Source of the DNA: an uncultured Pseudomonadota bacterium
GTDB taxonomy: Bacteria; Oederibacteriota; Muellerivitia; Muellerivitales; Muellerivitaceae
DNA: 64,000 nucleotides
NCBI GenBank assembly: GCA_963770835.1
Contig: CAVYRH010000026.1
Location: 288,001-352,000 of the forward strand
Direction of reading: 5' to 3'
The position numbers and the translations under genes are program-made. The notes under the pieces are model-generated. The model did no database searches and had not been told where the DNA came from. It was given only the letters and a program-made list of their open reading frames with translations. Positions 30,035 to 43,770 of this stretch are shown one piece after another (the stretch's first letter is position 1; the number at the start of each line of letters is the position of its first letter).

Positions 30035-33000
30035 ATGAAAAAAAATAAAAGCGTTTTCAAGCGTTCCTACTGGATTCATTGTTTAACCGCTTTCTTTTGC
30101 GCCACCGCAGCTTTCGCCCAAACGATCACCATCACTTCCGCGCCCTACAACGCCTCAACCGGCAGCGCCGACAACGCGGCCGCTATCCAGGCCGCCATCA
30201 ACGCGGTGGGGAGCGGGGGAACGGTGGTTGTTCCCGCGGGAAGTTTTCTCAGCGGGCCCCTGACGCTTAAAAGCAATATGACCTTCCAGCTTTCCGCGGG
30301 CGCCACCCTTCAGATGACCGCCATGGGCACCTTCCCCGCCACTTCCGATTTCCTTTACGGCGACAAGCTGACCAACATCACGATCAACGGCAGCGGCGTC
30401 ATGGACGGCCAGGGCCAGGCCTGGTGGACGGCCTTTAACGCCAGCAGTTCCACCCAGCGCCCCCCGGCCATGATCGAGCTCTCCGGCTGCACGGGAGTGA
30501 CGGTGGAGGGCATCACGGTACAAAACTCCCCCGAATTCCATATCCAGTTCCTGGGCAACGGCAGCAACATCCTGGCCTCCGGGCTCACCATCACCGCCCC
30601 CTGGCCGTCGCCCAACACGGACGGCATCGACCTGCGGGGCACGAACGTCAACATCCAGAACTGCTACATCAGCGACGGGGACGACGTGATTCAGATCGGG
30701 GGCTCCAACAACTGCAACGGGGTCACGGTCCAAGGCTGCAGCTTCGGCACGGGGCACGGGCTTTCCATCGGAAGCATCACCGACGGCGGGGTGAGCAACG
30801 TTTACGTGAACAATTGCACCTTCAACGGCACCCAATACGGCCTGCGGCTCAAGTCCAACAACACCGAAGGCGGGCTCACCACTAATATCACCTATTCCAA
30901 TATCACGATGACGGGCATCCTGGACAACCCGATCCTCATGTACAGCTACTACCCCACCGTTCCCTCCAGTCCCACGAGCGACACGGGGTCGTCGGTCAAC
31001 AGCACGACGCCCTTTTGGGAGAACATCAAGTTCCAGAATGTAACCGCCAGCGAGGCTTCCAGTGGGAGCTCCAACGTGGGCATCCTGTGGGGCCTGCCGC
31101 AGGCACCGGTCTCGAATGTCTTGTTCGACGCTTGCACCTTGACCGGTTCCAAGATCATGGAGGTCTACAACACCCAGGGAGTGACCTTCGACTGTAACTG
31201 CCTGATCAACGGCAAGGCTCCCTCAAATTCGGCGGCCGTGACTACCTTTAACATCTCCATGGCGGGACCGGATGACGTCCAGTTCCCGGCCTGCGGCCCC
31301 TCGCCCACGCCGACTTTCACCTCTTCAGCCCCCACCGCCACCCATACCAATACGCCGGTTCCGCCTACGGCGACTTTCACCGACACGAAGACAAATACGC
31401 CCATACCCCCGACTTCGACGGCAACTTCAACCCCAACCAAGACCAATACACCCATACCTCCTACTTCCACTTCAACCGCCACCTCAACGGCTACCAAGAC
31501 GAATACTCCAGTTCCGCCAACCGCCACGCCGTCCAGCACTGCGACGAATACCCCGGTTCTTCCGACAGCGACTTTCACCTTCACCGCCACCAAGACGAAT
31601 ACCCCCGTACCTCCGACCGCTACTCCCACCAATAGCCCGGTGCCGCCCACGGCGACGTTTACATTGACGGCTACGCCGTCAAGCACTGCTACGCGCACCT
31701 TTACCGCAGTCCCGCCAACTTCCACATTCACTAATACGGTCGTGCCCCCGACAGTCACCTTTACGGCGGTACCGCCCACGCCGACAGGAACTAACACATC
31801 GTCGGCTACGTCGACGGCTACCCACACCAATACTCCGATGCCGCTGACGGCGACGAATACGCCCGCTCCTCCAACAGCCACTAATACCGCTGTTCCGCCG
31901 ACTTTGACCAATACTCCAGTGCCTCTTACGCCGACAAGTACGCCCGCGTCGACAGCCACGAATACGAACAGCCCAGTGCCCCCGACGGCCACCAACACAG
32001 CCGTTCCTCCGACCTTCACCACCACACCGGTTCCGCCAACAGTTACAAACACTCCCGTACCTCCTACGGCTACGAATACCAATAGTCCTGTTCCACCGAC
32101 GCAGACGTTTACGCCGACAGGAACTAACACATCGTTGGCTACGGTCACGAATACGGCGGTGCCACCGACATCAACCCCTACCGCGGTTATTCCAACAGCC
32201 ACTTCAAGCGATACTTCCGTGCCGCCCACGTCTACTAATACCGCTGTTCCACCCACGGCGACGAATACGGTTGTTCCCCCGACTTCCACCCCCACGCCCA
32301 TTCCGCCGACGGCCACCCTTACCCATACGCCTGTCCCGCCGACCTCAACAGCCACCCCCGTTCCTCCCACCTCTACGCCGACGCCGGTTCCGCCCACACC
32401 GACCCATACTTTGGTGCCTCCAACGGCCACTTTCACCTTCACGCCTATCCCCCCGACTTTGACCCATACTCCCGTGCCACCCACGGCGACGAATACGGCC
32501 GTCCCCCCGACACCAACGGCTACCACTGCGACCTCCAGCACCAGCCTGGAAGTGCAATTGCTCAGTGGGGTGACCAACGACACCATCAACAGCCCCCATC
32601 CCCAGATTCAAGTGGTTAACACGGGAACGGGGCCCCTCAACCTGAACAACGTCACGGTGAAATATTGGTTTAACTGCGACTGCACCAACCAGACCATCCA
32701 AGCCTGGGTGGATTGGGCTGGATTGATCCCGGCGGGAACCACCGAAACGGGGAATGTCCAGGTTTCGGCGCAAAGCACCACCCTGGGAGGCCAGACCAAC
32801 TACATCCTCTATACCTTCACGGGGAACCTGGTGCTCCAGCCCGGCCAGGCCATCCAGGTCCAGAGCCGGTTCAACAAGAACGACTGGAGCAACATGACGC
32901 AGGACAACGACTGGAGCTTCGCGCCCTATACCAGCTTCACGAATGCACTACAAGTGACGGGCTACCTGGGCGGGAGCTTGGTGTGGGGCCAAGAGCCGGT

Positions 33001-33379
33001 ATCGGCTTCGGCCGCCCTGACGGTGGCCAGCGCCATGTCCTTCCCGAACCCCTCGACCGGGAGCGGGACGACCCTGCAGTTCACTTTGAACGGCAATACT
33101 TCGGGAGTCAGCGCCTCACTCTTAGACGCCGAGCACCCCATGCTGTTGGACCCGAACGCCAAGATCACACTGAGCATCTACACGATGGCGATGCGGCTGA
33201 TCTGGACGCAGACGCTGACGGGCGGGGCCTATGGGACAACGGGGAGCCACGAGCTTTACTGGAACGAGAAGGACTTCAAAGGCGCCGGCTTGGCCAACGG
33301 CCTTTACCTGCTAAGGGTGACCATAGAATCCCACGGCCAGAAGACTTCCGCCTTAACAAAGATCCTGATTCTTGGATAA
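30035..33379 (+). CDS. GH28 polygalacturonase + T/P stalk + CBM3 + CTD
   Basis: [17 protein letters not shown] and RLKS motifs. CBM3 (VNTG..LNL..VTVKYWF...QSRFNK.DWSN..Q.NDWSF...LVWGQEP). FPNP CTD. Confidence 0.9.
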   Translation: MKKNKSVFKRSYWIHCLTAFFCATAAFAQTITITSAPYNASTGSADNAAAIQAAINAVGSGGTVVVPAGSFLSGPLTLKSNMTFQLSAGATLQMTAMGTFPATSDFLYGDKLTNITINGSGVMDGQGQAWWTAFNASSSTQRPPAMIELSGCTGVTVEGITVQNSPEFHIQFLGNGSNILASGLTITAPWPSPNTDGIDLRGTNVNIQNCYISDGDDVIQIGGSNNCNGVTVQGCSFGTGHGLSIGSITDGGVSNVYVNNCTFNGTQYGLRLKSNNTEGGLTTNITYSNITMTGILDNPILMYSYYPTVPSSPTSDTGSSVNSTTPFWENIKFQNVTASEASSGSSNVGILWGLPQAPVSNVLFDACTLTGSKIMEVYNTQGVTFDCNCLINGKAPSNSAAVTTFNISMAGPDDVQFPACGPSPTPTFTSSAPTATHTNTPVPPTATFTDTKTNTPIPPTSTATSTPTKTNTPIPPTSTSTATSTATKTNTPVPPTATPSSTATNTPVLPTATFTFTATKTNTPVPPTATPTNSPVPPTATFTLTATPSSTATRTFTAVPPTSTFTNTVVPPTVTFTAVPPTPTGTNTSSATSTATHTNTPMPLTATNTPAPPTATNTAVPPTLTNTPVPLTPTSTPASTATNTNSPVPPTATNTAVPPTFTTTPVPPTVTNTPVPPTATNTNSPVPPTQTFTPTGTNTSLATVTNTAVPPTSTPTAVIPTATSSDTSVPPTSTNTAVPPTATNTVVPPTSTPTPIPPTATLTHTPVPPTSTATPVPPTSTPTPVPPTPTHTLVPPTATFTFTPIPPTLTHTPVPPTATNTAVPPTPTATTATSSTSLEVQLLSGVTNDTINSPHPQIQVVNTGTGPLNLNNVTVKYWFNCDCTNQTIQAWVDWAGLIPAGTTETGNVQVSAQSTTLGGQTNYILYTFTGNLVLQPGQAIQVQSRFNKNDWSNMTQDNDWSFAPYTSFTNALQVTGYLGGSLVWGQEPVSASAALTVASAMSFPNPSTGSGTTLQFTLNGNTSGVSASLLDAEHPMLLDPNAKITLSIYTMAMRLIWTQTLTGGAYGTTGSHELYWNEKDFKGAGLANGLYLLRVTIESHGQKTSALTKILILG

Positions 33380-33536
33380 ATTTCCGGAAGGAAGAGCTTC
33401 AAGTTCATCGAAATAATTTGTTTCGCCGGGACTAGAAGCCGGAATTATCAAAAAGTTTGACCGTGAAATATAAGGGGCTCAAAACCTTCCTTTTAAACCC
33501 ATAGTTCGATAAACTTAAAACAGGCCGGAAAATTAT

Positions 33537-33559
33537 CCCCTCTGCCGAGGGGTTTTTTT
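33537..33559 (+). terminator. Rho-independent terminator
   Basis: CCCCTC-TGCC-GAGGGG stem-loop followed by T7, downstream of the GH28 gene. Confidence 0.75.
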
Positions 33560-33567
33560 GTCCAGGG

Positions 33568-33599
33568 AAATGTAACCGGTTTCGCAAAAGGTTACATTT
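33568..33599. promoter_or_regulatory. 10-bp inverted repeat AAATGTAACC-N12-GGTTACATTT upstream of GH74; candidate operator
   Basis: Perfect arms. The left part TGTAACCGGTTTC resembles the 19272 palindrome. Confidence 0.45.
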
Positions 33600-33642
33600 T
33601 GTTTCGAGCTCATAACGTTTCAGGCGGGACGGATTTCTTGAA

Positions 33643-36600
33643 ATGAAAATTCGTTTTTATTCTCTTCTTACTATTACCTTCCCATTGGGGCTGGCCCTCA
33701 CCAGTTCCCAAGCCTTTGCCCAAACCTACACCTGGAAAAACGTCACGGTGCCGGCGGGGGGGTTCGTGGCGGGGGTGGATTACAGTCCCGTTTCCCAGGG
33801 CCTTCTTTACGCGCGCACTGATATCGGAGGGGTTTACCGTTGGGATAACACCAACGATGTTTGGGTCCCCTTGACGGATATGTACGGGAGCGGCCAGTAC
33901 AACTATTACGGCGGGGAAAGCATCGCGCCGGACCCCGTCAATCCCAACGTGGTCTATGTGGCCGCGGGAATGTACCTGACTTCCGGCAACGGGTTCATCC
34001 TCAGTTCCACCAACCAGGGAAACAGCTGGACCGCCAATGCCATCGCGGTTCCCATGGGCGGCAACGACGACGGCCGCGAGGCGGGGGAACGCCTGGCGGT
34101 GGACCCTAACCTGACCTCCACCCTTTATTTCGGCTCCCGCAACAACGGCCTATGGAAAAGCACCAACTCCGCCGCAAGCTGGAGCCAGGTCACCGCTTTT
34201 CCCGTGAACGGCGACGCCAATTACGGGCTCAGTTACGTGCTCTTCGACCCCCACGGCACCTCGGGCACGGCCTCGGCCACCATCTATGTCGGGGTGGAGG
34301 GCATGAACACGGGGAACAGCAACCTCTACCGCTCCACCAACGCGGGCGCCAGTTGGACATTGATACCGGGTGGCCCCACCAATATGATCACGGTCCATGC
34401 CTCCCTGGGCACGGACGGAAATCTCTGGGTTGTCTTATGACAGCGGGGGCTACGGCCCCAACAGCATCACCAACGGACAGGTTTGGAAACTCAACACCAG
34501 CACACTGGCCTGGACGCACGTGACCCTTCCGGGGCCGCCGGCGGGCAGCGGGGGATACGGCGGCATATGCGTGGACGCGGAAAACGCCCAACACGTGGTG
34601 GTCTCGACCCTGGATTGGTGGGGCGGGCCCGACATGGTCTTCAACACGGCCAATGGCGGGTCCAATTGGGCCACCATCGGGCATGTCAACGAGGGATACA
34701 GCTCCAATTTCGCCTCGTATAACGCCAACGGGGTCTCCTGGATCTACTGGTGCGGAGATCCCAGCCCCGGTGGGTCGGGCTGGCAGGGCGACGTAAAGAT
34801 CGATCCCTTCAATTCCAATAACGCCATCTACACCACGGGGCAGGGGGTCTACACCAGCACTGATATCAACGCCGCCTCCACTTCCGCAGTCACTTGGTCC
34901 TTCATCGACTATGGCCTGGAGGAAACCGCGGTGATCGACATGACTTCCGCGGCCGCCGGAGGGGTGTTCTTCAGCGCCCTGGGGGACATTTCAGGGATGC
35001 GCCACACCAACGTCACCCAGTCCCCGTCCGGGGGCATGTACTGCAACCCGGAAATGACCAATACGACCGGCATCGATTTCGCCGAACTCAACACCAACGA
35101 CGTGGTGCGCGCGGGAAACGCCACCCCCTACGGCGCCTATTCCACCAATAACGGCGCCAGCTGGACGCCCTTTGCCAGCGCGCCCAACGGCACCAACAAC
35201 CAGATCGCCATCGCGGCCGACGGAAGCGCCATCCTTTGGGCTCCCTCCAGCGCCGTGGCGTCCTATTCTACCAACAACGGCTCCAGTTGGACGGCCTCCA
35301 CGGGGCTTCCCAGCGGCGCCCAGGTGGCGTCGGACCGGGCCAATAAAAGCATCTTCTACGGAACCTCGGGAACCACCCTTTATGTGAGCACTAATGGAGG
35401 CGCCAGTTTTGCCTCGGCCGGCACCTTCACGGGAAGCGGCAGGCCCCGCGCGGTTTTCGGGATCGCCGGGGAAGTATGGGTACCCGCGGGCGGAAGCGGC
35501 CTTTACCGGTTCACCAATGTGGGGTTGGGCGCGGTCACGACCACCCATATCGCCAATGTCTCCTCGGCCATCGCCCTGGGATTCGGCATGGCCGCATCCG
35601 GCCAAACCCACCCGGCCGTGTACCTGGTGGGGACGGTGAGCGGAACCTATGGCTTTTTCCGCTGCGACGACGGGGTGGGGACCACATGGACCCGGATCAA
35701 CGACGCCAACCACCAGTTCGGCGCGGCGGGTTACGCGGCGGGGGATGAAACCGTGTACGGGCGCATGTACGTCGGGACTAATGGCCGCGGAATTTTATAT
35801 GGCGATACCTCAACAGGGCCGACCAATACACCGACGTCAACTCCTACAAGCACACCCAGCGCCACCAGAACGAATTCCCCGACGAATACCACGACGGCCA
35901 GCCCCACGGCCACCCCCACTCGTACCGCCACTTCAACTACCACCAATACGCCGACGTTGACGCCGACCAACACGCCGACGAGTACGCCGAAAAACACGGC
36001 TACATCGACGGCTACGTCGACGGTTGTCAACACTTCCACGGCAACGCCTTCCTACACCGCGAGCCGCACGGCCACCGCCAGCCCTACCGCGACCGGAACC
36101 AACACACCCACCCCGACTTTGACCGCCACGCCCTCTTATAGCCCGACGGGCACCGCAAGCCGGACCCCCACGGCCACCAGCAGCAATACACCCACGGATA
36201 CCTCGGTGAACACAGCCACCAATACCCAAACGGCAACGCCTTCCAATACCCCGACTCCTACTGCCACCAAAACGGCCACGGCGACCGCCACCAACACGCC
36301 GACGGTTATGCCGAACAACACGGCTTCGTCGACGGCTACCGCGACGTTGGTTAACACGGCCACATCTTCCAGTACCCCGACCGGCACCGCTTCCGCCACA
36401 CTGACCAAGACGGCCACGGCGACCGCCAGCAACACCGTCACACCTACCACCACCGCCAGTCCGACGGCAACCCCCACAAACACCCTGATTAATTCCGCGA
36501 CGCCTACCGGTACAGCCACGAATACGGCGACTTCCAGTGCCACCGGCTCAGCCACTAATACCGCCACGAAAACAGCGACCTCCACAACAACCAATAGCTT

Positions 36601-37933
36601 GACGCCGACTTCCTCCAGTACGGTGACGAGTACCTTGACCAAGACTCAAACGGCCACCGTGACAAGTACGCCGACGTTGACGCCGACAAACACGGCTACG
36701 TCGACGTTGATTAATTCCGCGACGCCAACTGATACGCCAACGAAAACGGCCAGCTTTACCGCCACTGGCACAGCTACCAGCACGGTTTCCTTGACGCCCA
36801 CTTCGACGCCCACCGAAACCCTCATCAATACGGGAACCCCCACGAACACCGCTACTTGGACCCCATCGCTGACAGCCACGAATACGGCCATCCCGCCAGC
36901 TACGCCGACCCCGACGTATACCACGAGCATCCCGGTGGTCACGGTGACGGTTTTGCCCGTCTCCAATTCGAACCAGGTTCCAGGGACCACCAATGTTCCG
37001 GCTGAGGAGTTGGTTTTGAGCTACCAGGCCTTCACACCCCCCGTAACCGTCACCAGCGTGGTTGTCTCCTTCTCGGGCAGCGGCAATCCCGGCACAGGTA
37101 TCGCCTCCCTGACTTTGTCGGGCCAGGGGACGCCAGCGACAAGCGGCCCTCCCACAGGCAATGCCGTGACTTTCACCACGAACGTAGTGATCGCGCAGGG
37201 GCAGAGCGTGACCCTGAGCCTGACGGCGTCTTTTGCCGACCCGGGTTCCACCGGGACCTACTCCTTCAGCGTCACGGGCATGACCGGGACCATCGGGATC
37301 GAATCGGCCGCGTTCCTGGGATTACCGGCGACGGGGGCCACCGTAACGGTGATCGCTACCACCCCCACTGCCACGAATACGGGCACAACCACCCCAACCG
37401 CCACCCTTTCCCCGACCCCGACACCAAGCTCCACACCTACGTCCACCACCACTTTCACCTTCACCAGCAGCTCCACCCTCACGCCCAGCTTCACGGTGAC
37501 CTCGACGCCCATAGCGAGCGCGACCGCCTCCAGCACACCGACGGCCTCCTTTACGTCAAGCTGGACGCCAACCACCACCGGGACGGCTTCCTCAACTCCC
37601 ACGGGGACCTCCCCAGCAAGCCCCGCGATCCCCACCCCAACCTCCACGCCGGCGGGTAACAATACCGTGTTGATCTATCCGAACCCGGTCACGGGGCCGA
37701 GCGTGAACGTATTGCCTCCGGCCTACAGCGGCAGCCAGAATGTGCGGGTGGAAATCTTCACCTTGAGTTTCCGCAAGGTCCTGGACGAGACCTTCCCCAA
37801 CGTGCCGTCGGGAACGTCCGTGAAGATCACCTTGGATGACCAGTGGGGCCACCTCCTGGCCGACGGGTTGTATTACGTTGTCGTCACCGTCAACGGCAAG
37901 CATTCCACCGGCAAACTGCTCGTTCTTCGGTAA
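33643..37933 (+). CDS. GH74 xyloglucanase + T/P stalk + Ig-like module + CTD, split by one frameshift (~34428)
   Basis: YTWKNV...[57 protein letters not shown]. Removing one G from TGGGTTG joins the two ORFs (LWLSYDSGG). Confidence 0.88.
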
Positions 37934-38075
37934 ATGAAGAGATGCCCCGCCACTCTGCCAGCTTTGCGCGGTTCCTATAGAAATGGCCCAAAATAGCAGG
38001 TAAAGAGTTGTCGTTTTTTGTCGTTAAGATAATCAAGACGGTTGTTCATTCACGAATGTATATGAAGCGGGCGAA

Positions 38076-41000
38076 ATGATTTTTAGGTTCAAGCCTTATA
38101 TCGTTTTCTATTTTGTGTTTCTTGCCTGTGTCTTCTTGTCCGGTGCGCCTTCTCCTGCCGCCGAAAAGCCGGCTTTATTCGAATCAGCCCCCGCCCCTAA
38201 CCAACCCCGGGAATCCTTCGTCAAGCGCGACCGCTTCGTGAAGTTTCATAAGGAATACCTGGAAAACCTGCGGCCGGAACAATTCAGCGCCCGCTTCCGG
38301 CCCCAAGTCCGCCTGAACCTCTTCGATGACGTGGATGTCACCCTCACCCTGGACCATTCGGAGAAAAGGCCCCATGGCCATACGGTTTTTTCCGGGCATT
38401 TCGAGGGAATGGGCCGCAGCCTGGCGGTCCTCACCCATCACGACGGAATCCTGACCGGAATGTTTTTCATACCGGGCAAGGGGACATTCAAGATCCTCCC
38501 AGCGGGGCAAGGCCTGCACCGGATCATGGAAGTGGACGAGGACCGGGGCGGGACCTGCGGCCTGGACGGAAGCCCCAATGAGCCCACCGACCCCCGGCTT
38601 GCGGCGGATTTCCCCCAGCAAGGCATGCCCTGGATGATCCCCAACAATTACCCGCAGGGTTGCGCTTACGGATTCAGCCCGACAGTCGTGAACCTGGCCG
38701 TGGTTTACACCCCTGCGGCCCTGGCGGATGTCGGCGACGCCGAGGCCATGGAATCCCTCATCGACACCGTGGTCTTCTACAACAACATGGCCTACTGCAA
38801 CAGCGGCATCAACGTCCAGCTCCAGCTCGTCTACCAGGGGGAGGTGGCTTACACGGAGCAAGGCATCTCCGCGGACCTGACCAACATGTCCAACGGGACG
38901 GTGCCGGGCATCTCTACCATCCAAGCCAATGATGGCGCGGCGATCGTGAATATGCTGGTGGCGGGGTCCGACGCGGTCATGGGGCTGGCCTTCCTGCCCG
39001 GCCATTACTGCCTGGAGCACGTGAAATTCGCCGAGGGAATGATGCACGAGATAGGCCACAACTTCGGCTGCGGCCACAACGTGGGCGCCGGCGGGCCGGG
39101 CGTCTACCCCTACTCCTCGGGCTACCAGTACACCTCCCAGGGCGTCCTCTACCGCACGATCATGGCCTACCCTCCGGGGCTCTATACCCCCTTCTTCTCC
39201 AGCCCGCTGGTCCAATTCCTGGGGGCCTCCACGGGGACGACGACCGCTGACAACGCCCGCACCATCAACGAAACCGCGCCGGTCATGGCCAACAGCTACC
39301 CGCCGCCCGCCGGGTTCGACATGCCCACGGTCAGCATGGCCTCCCCGGCGGACGGTTCGGCCTACACCGGCCCCTTGACCCTTGCGCTGACCGCCAATGC
39401 TTCCGATTCATCGGGCATCGCGCAAGTGGATTTCTTCGTGGACAGCCAATTCCTCGGCTCCGTTTCCACCGCCCCCTACACCCTCAACTGGCCCTTGGTT
39501 CCGGCGGGTAGCCATTTCATCACCGCCCACGCCATCAACACCGCGGGCACGGCGCAATACGCCTGCGCCGTGAGCATCTTCGTCAACCCCATGCTTCCGG
39601 CTCCCTGGGAGGACCAGGACATCGGCTGGCTGATCCAGGACACCAGTGCCCCCCAGGAATTGAAATACATGGGACTTTTGGGCAGCGGCAGTTCCTCCGC
39701 CGGCGTGTTCACGGTGAACGGGGCGGGAAGCGGCATCGGCCTGGACATCTCCGGCGTGGAAGAGGATTCCTTCCAATTCGACAGCCAGCCCTCCTGCGGG
39801 GGCACCACGATCACGGCCCGCCTGGTTTCCCTGCAAAACGGCGGCTCCGGTAACCAGGCCGGGCTTATGTTCCGGGCCGATACCAGCAGCGATTCCCCCT
39901 ACGTTTTCATGGGTTGGGCCGGCAACGGCTCCCAGGCGGCTTTCCAATACCGTTCCACCTACGGCGGAACTTCGACGGCTTTGGGCGCCGCCGCCCTGGG
40001 GGCGCCCTCCTGGTTCCAGATCCAGCGGGTGGGGAACGTCTTTACGGGTTTCGAATCCCCGGACGGGTCGGCTTGGACGCAGGTGGGGACGGCCACGATC
40101 ACCACGATGGGCGCCAACCCCCCAGTGGGGTTCGCGGTCTCCAGCGAAAGCACGGCCGCCCTGGCCAATGCCGTCTTCGACAACGTGTCCTTGGCCCTTT
40201 CCTGCCAGCCGCCCACCCCCACCGTCACCCTCACCCCGACCATCACCTTCACACCCACCATTACGATGACCCCCACCAACTCGCCGACCCCCGGGCCCGC
40301 CTGCGTGCCCATCATCACGACTTACGCGGGAAACGGGACGGGGACCTATTCGGGGGACGGCGGCCCCGCGACCGCCGCGGGCTTGAACGGGAACATGGGG
40401 CTGGCGGTGGACCCCCAGGGCAACCTCTACATCGCGGATAGCGGGGAATACCGGGTGCGCAAGGTCAGCCCTTCCGGAATCATCACGACCTTCGCGGGAA
40501 CCGGGGTTTGTTGCGGCGGAACCAGCGGGCTCCCGGCCACCCTCTCCGGCGTCGGGGCCCAATACCCTTCCGCGGACTGCGCGGGCGACATCTACCTGGA
40601 CGATTATTTCAGCGGCACGGGGGGCGCGTTTTCACTGATCCAAAAGGTCGACACCTGCGGAACCTTGTCTACCGTCGCCGGGACCACCACCGGCTATTCA
40701 GGCAACGGGGGCCCGGCCACTTTGGCCCAGATGGATTTCCCCTATAACACAGCGGAGGACGCCGCCGGCGACATCTACGTCGCCGACCTCGATAACAAAG
40801 TGGTACGCAAGATCAGCACGAACGGGATCATGACCCTAGTCACGACGCCGCCCCTGACCGAACCGGACGGGGTGGCGGTGGACGGCGCGGGGAACCTCTA
40901 CGTCTCGGACTTCCAGGGTTCCCGGAGCATCTACAAGATTTCCCCCAGCGGGACGGCGGTCACCCTGGCCACCTTGGAATGCCCGGACGAGCTGGCCCTG

Positions 41001-42566
41001 GACTGCAACGATAACCTTTATGTGGACGACTACTGCACCCACCAGGTGTTCAAGATCAACTCCAGCGGGCAGCTTACGCTGTACGCCGGCACGGGGGCCA
41101 CCGGCAATACGGGCAATGGGGGTCCGGCCACAGCCGCCACTTTCGGCACGCTGCGGGGGGTGGCGGTGGATGGGCAGGGCAACGTCTACGTCTCGGACAA
41201 CACCTACCACGTGGTGCGGAAAATATCCTCCTGCGTCAGCGAGGGCAGCTGCCCCGTCTGCGACATCACCCCCGTCTGCTACACGCCCCCTCCCACCTCC
41301 ACCCCGTCCGGCACCCCGACGTCCACCGCCACCCACACGCCCACATCGACCCCCACCAGCACGAGGACGTGGACTCCCAGCTTCACGCCGACCCTCACCC
41401 GCACCTCCACCGTGACGGGAACCCCCACCAATAGCGCCACTCCCACGATCAGCGACACCCCCTGCGGCTATCCGGGCAATACCTGCACCCCCACCATCAC
41501 CTTCACCCCGGCCAACACCTTCACCGCCACTTTCACCCCCACCTCGACCCGCACTTCCACGCCCACCTTCACCCCGTCCAATACCTACACCCTGACGGAC
41601 ACCTTCACCGCCACCAACACCCCCACCGTGACCGACACCCCGACGCCGACGGATAGCCCGACCCCCACGAATTCCCCCACGGTCACCCAAACGCCGACCA
41701 ATACCCTGCAAGTGGACGGCCCCGTTTTCACCGTGACGCCCCTCCCCACGAATACCCCCACGTGCACACCCACGATGACCGGAACCCTGCCCCCCACCGA
41801 TACCGCCACCATCACCCCTTCGGCCACCCCCACCGGCACCGCCACTTCGACCTTCACCACCACCCCGTCTTCCACCCCCAGCGCCACCCCGACGGATTCG
41901 ATGACGCCTTTGCCCACGAACACGGGCACGCCCAGCGCGACAGCCTCCCTGACGCCAAGCCCGACGGCCACCCTCACCCCGACCGCGAGCTGTACTTCCT
42001 CCCCGACGCCGACGGTTTCCAGCACTCCCACCGAAACAGCTTCGGTAACGCCCAGCTCCACCGTGACCCTGACCCCCAGCCCCACTTCCACGGATACCGT
42101 GACCGCCACCCCAACCTACACCCTGGTGCATACGCCGACGGCAACGCCGACAGACACGGCTTCCGCGACGGGAACCCCGACCTTGACACCCACGAATTCC
42201 TTAACGCCCACGCTCACGTCCACACCCAGTCCCACCCCCAGTTCCACGGCATACTCGCCGACCCCCACTGCCACCCCGGCGCCCGCGGGCAAGGGTGGGG
42301 TGGCGGTCTATCCGAACCCGGTTACGGGGCCGGCCGTAAACATCCTGCCGCAGGCCTATGGCGGGACCCAGGATGTGAGGGTGGAGATATTTACTCTCGC
42401 CTTCCGAAAAGTCCTGGACGAGACCTTCCTCAGCATCCCTTCGGGAACGTCTGTGAGGGTCACCTTGGACGACCAGTGGGGCCACCCCCTGGCCGATGGG
42501 CTCTACTACGTTGTGGTGACGGTCAACGGCAAGCATTCCACCGCGAAATTGTTGGTCCTGCGCTGA
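38076..42566 (+). CDS. M12B/reprolysin-like zinc metallopeptidase with Ig-like, lectin-like and NHL modules, T/P stalk and CTD
   Basis: Pro-domain, [11 protein letters not shown] zinc motif and RTIMAY Met-turn. Big domain ([15 protein letters not shown]...APYTLNW). [16 protein letters not shown] repeats. YPNP CTD nearly identical to that of GH74. Confidence 0.85.
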   Translation: MIFRFKPYIVFYFVFLACVFLSGAPSPAAEKPALFESAPAPNQPRESFVKRDRFVKFHKEYLENLRPEQFSARFRPQVRLNLFDDVDVTLTLDHSEKRPHGHTVFSGHFEGMGRSLAVLTHHDGILTGMFFIPGKGTFKILPAGQGLHRIMEVDEDRGGTCGLDGSPNEPTDPRLAADFPQQGMPWMIPNNYPQGCAYGFSPTVVNLAVVYTPAALADVGDAEAMESLIDTVVFYNNMAYCNSGINVQLQLVYQGEVAYTEQGISADLTNMSNGTVPGISTIQANDGAAIVNMLVAGSDAVMGLAFLPGHYCLEHVKFAEGMMHEIGHNFGCGHNVGAGGPGVYPYSSGYQYTSQGVLYRTIMAYPPGLYTPFFSSPLVQFLGASTGTTTADNARTINETAPVMANSYPPPAGFDMPTVSMASPADGSAYTGPLTLALTANASDSSGIAQVDFFVDSQFLGSVSTAPYTLNWPLVPAGSHFITAHAINTAGTAQYACAVSIFVNPMLPAPWEDQDIGWLIQDTSAPQELKYMGLLGSGSSSAGVFTVNGAGSGIGLDISGVEEDSFQFDSQPSCGGTTITARLVSLQNGGSGNQAGLMFRADTSSDSPYVFMGWAGNGSQAAFQYRSTYGGTSTALGAAALGAPSWFQIQRVGNVFTGFESPDGSAWTQVGTATITTMGANPPVGFAVSSESTAALANAVFDNVSLALSCQPPTPTVTLTPTITFTPTITMTPTNSPTPGPACVPIITTYAGNGTGTYSGDGGPATAAGLNGNMGLAVDPQGNLYIADSGEYRVRKVSPSGIITTFAGTGVCCGGTSGLPATLSGVGAQYPSADCAGDIYLDDYFSGTGGAFSLIQKVDTCGTLSTVAGTTTGYSGNGGPATLAQMDFPYNTAEDAAGDIYVADLDNKVVRKISTNGIMTLVTTPPLTEPDGVAVDGAGNLYVSDFQGSRSIYKISPSGTAVTLATLECPDELALDCNDNLYVDDYCTHQVFKINSSGQLTLYAGTGATGNTGNGGPATAATFGTLRGVAVDGQGNVYVSDNTYHVVRKISSCVSEGSCPVCDITPVCYTPPPTSTPSGTPTSTATHTPTSTPTSTRTWTPSFTPTLTRTSTVTGTPTNSATPTISDTPCGYPGNTCTPTITFTPANTFTATFTPTSTRTSTPTFTPSNTYTLTDTFTATNTPTVTDTPTPTDSPTPTNSPTVTQTPTNTLQVDGPVFTVTPLPTNTPTCTPTMTGTLPPTDTATITPSATPTGTATSTFTTTPSSTPSATPTDSMTPLPTNTGTPSATASLTPSPTATLTPTASCTSSPTPTVSSTPTETASVTPSSTVTLTPSPTSTDTVTATPTYTLVHTPTATPTDTASATGTPTLTPTNSLTPTLTSTPSPTPSSTAYSPTPTATPAPAGKGGVAVYPNPVTGPAVNILPQAYGGTQDVRVEIFTLAFRKVLDETFLSIPSGTSVRVTLDDQWGHPLADGLYYVVVTVNGKHSTAKLLVLR

Positions 42567-42771
42567 TTTCCTAATCAAAAATCTAAAAAATGAGATCAGT
42601 GCTATACCGACCTCTTTAAATATTTTGTTTTATGAGGGTCGGCATGCGGTAGTTCCCGCTGTTCCTTCCTGTTTTTAGGGTTTTTTAGCCTGCCGGCGAA
42701 AAAAATTGGAAGAATAACCGGGCTGGAGGGCAAATCGCTCAAAAACTCTTATTTTGAGTGTTGCACGAGTC

Positions 42772-43759
42772 GCATGCCTATCCGCAAAGCGCATGTTGAA
42801 ATAAAGGAATACAAGCGTATTCTATCCACTGAAGGAGGTGTTTCATGAACTACCAGCGGATGAAAACGGTTGAGATTTTCAGGGAAATTGATACTGAGAA
42901 GAAAGCCCTTGAGTGGATCTGGAAGAGTCGTTTTGGGGGAAAAGCTTTTATTTGCCCCCACTGTGAGAACGAAAGCTATTGGCAGCATCAAAGTCGCCCG
43001 GAAATAAGGCAATGTGACTCTTGCTCAAAACAAATCCGGGTGCGGGCAGGAACCATTTTCCAGCATTCCAAGCTTCCCTTGCTCGTTTGGGTGAGGGCTA
43101 TCGGTTTTGTCATGCAAGGTAAAAGAGGCATGGCGGCCGAGGAACTTAAACGGCATCTGGGGAGACGTTACGAAACAGTCTGGGGGATGCTGCAAAAGAT
43201 GCGGGAAGCTTTGGAACAACGGGAAAAACCCTATCAGCTCAAGGATTTGATCGAATTGGATGGGGCTTTTTTAGGGCGTCGTCGTTATTACAATCAAGTC
43301 GCATTACTTATTGGGGTTGAAAGTAAGGAATGGGTGGACGAGAAAGGTCGAAAAAAGCCAAAAGCTGGATTTGCCAAAGTGAAAGTGGCCTCTGAAACCC
43401 TCTGGCATGCCAACGAATTCGTCAATCAAGCCATCCAAAAGGACTCGCGGATACGCATGGACGCTAGTTCCCGTTTAAGGAAGCTGGAAAACGTAACGGT
43501 GGAATACGAGAAAATGGACAGAAACCGTCAAGCTTGTGACCGCTGGTTGCCGTGGGTTCATAAGTTCATTTCCAATGCCAAGACATGGATTCTTGGAACC
43601 CATCATGGGGTAGGAGTCAGATATGTTGGCCGTTACTTGGCCGAATACACCTATCGCTTCAACCGACGGCATGACCCGGATTCCTTATTCCACAGAGCTT
43701 TAACCGCCTGTGCACTCGCTAAACCCATAACTTTACATGCGCTTTGCGGATAGGCATGC
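42772..43759 (+). mobile_element. IS1595-family insertion sequence with perfect 25-bp terminal inverted repeats
   Basis: GCATGCCTATCCGCAAAGCGCATGT (42772-42796) and its exact reverse complement (43735-43759). Lower GC than the flanking genes. Confidence 0.88.
42845..43753 (+). CDS. IS1595-family DDE transposase
   Basis: Zn ribbon CPHC...QCDSC..QIRVRAGTIF, then IELDGAFLG, GTHHGV and YLAEYTYRFNRR. Confidence 0.92.
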   Translation: MNYQRMKTVEIFREIDTEKKALEWIWKSRFGGKAFICPHCENESYWQHQSRPEIRQCDSCSKQIRVRAGTIFQHSKLPLLVWVRAIGFVMQGKRGMAAEELKRHLGRRYETVWGMLQKMREALEQREKPYQLKDLIELDGAFLGRRRYYNQVALLIGVESKEWVDEKGRKKPKAGFAKVKVASETLWHANEFVNQAIQKDSRIRMDASSRLRKLENVTVEYEKMDRNRQACDRWLPWVHKFISNAKTWILGTHHGVGVRYVGRYLAEYTYRFNRRHDPDSLFHRALTACALAKPITLHALCG

Positions 43760-43770
43760 ACCGCGCGACA

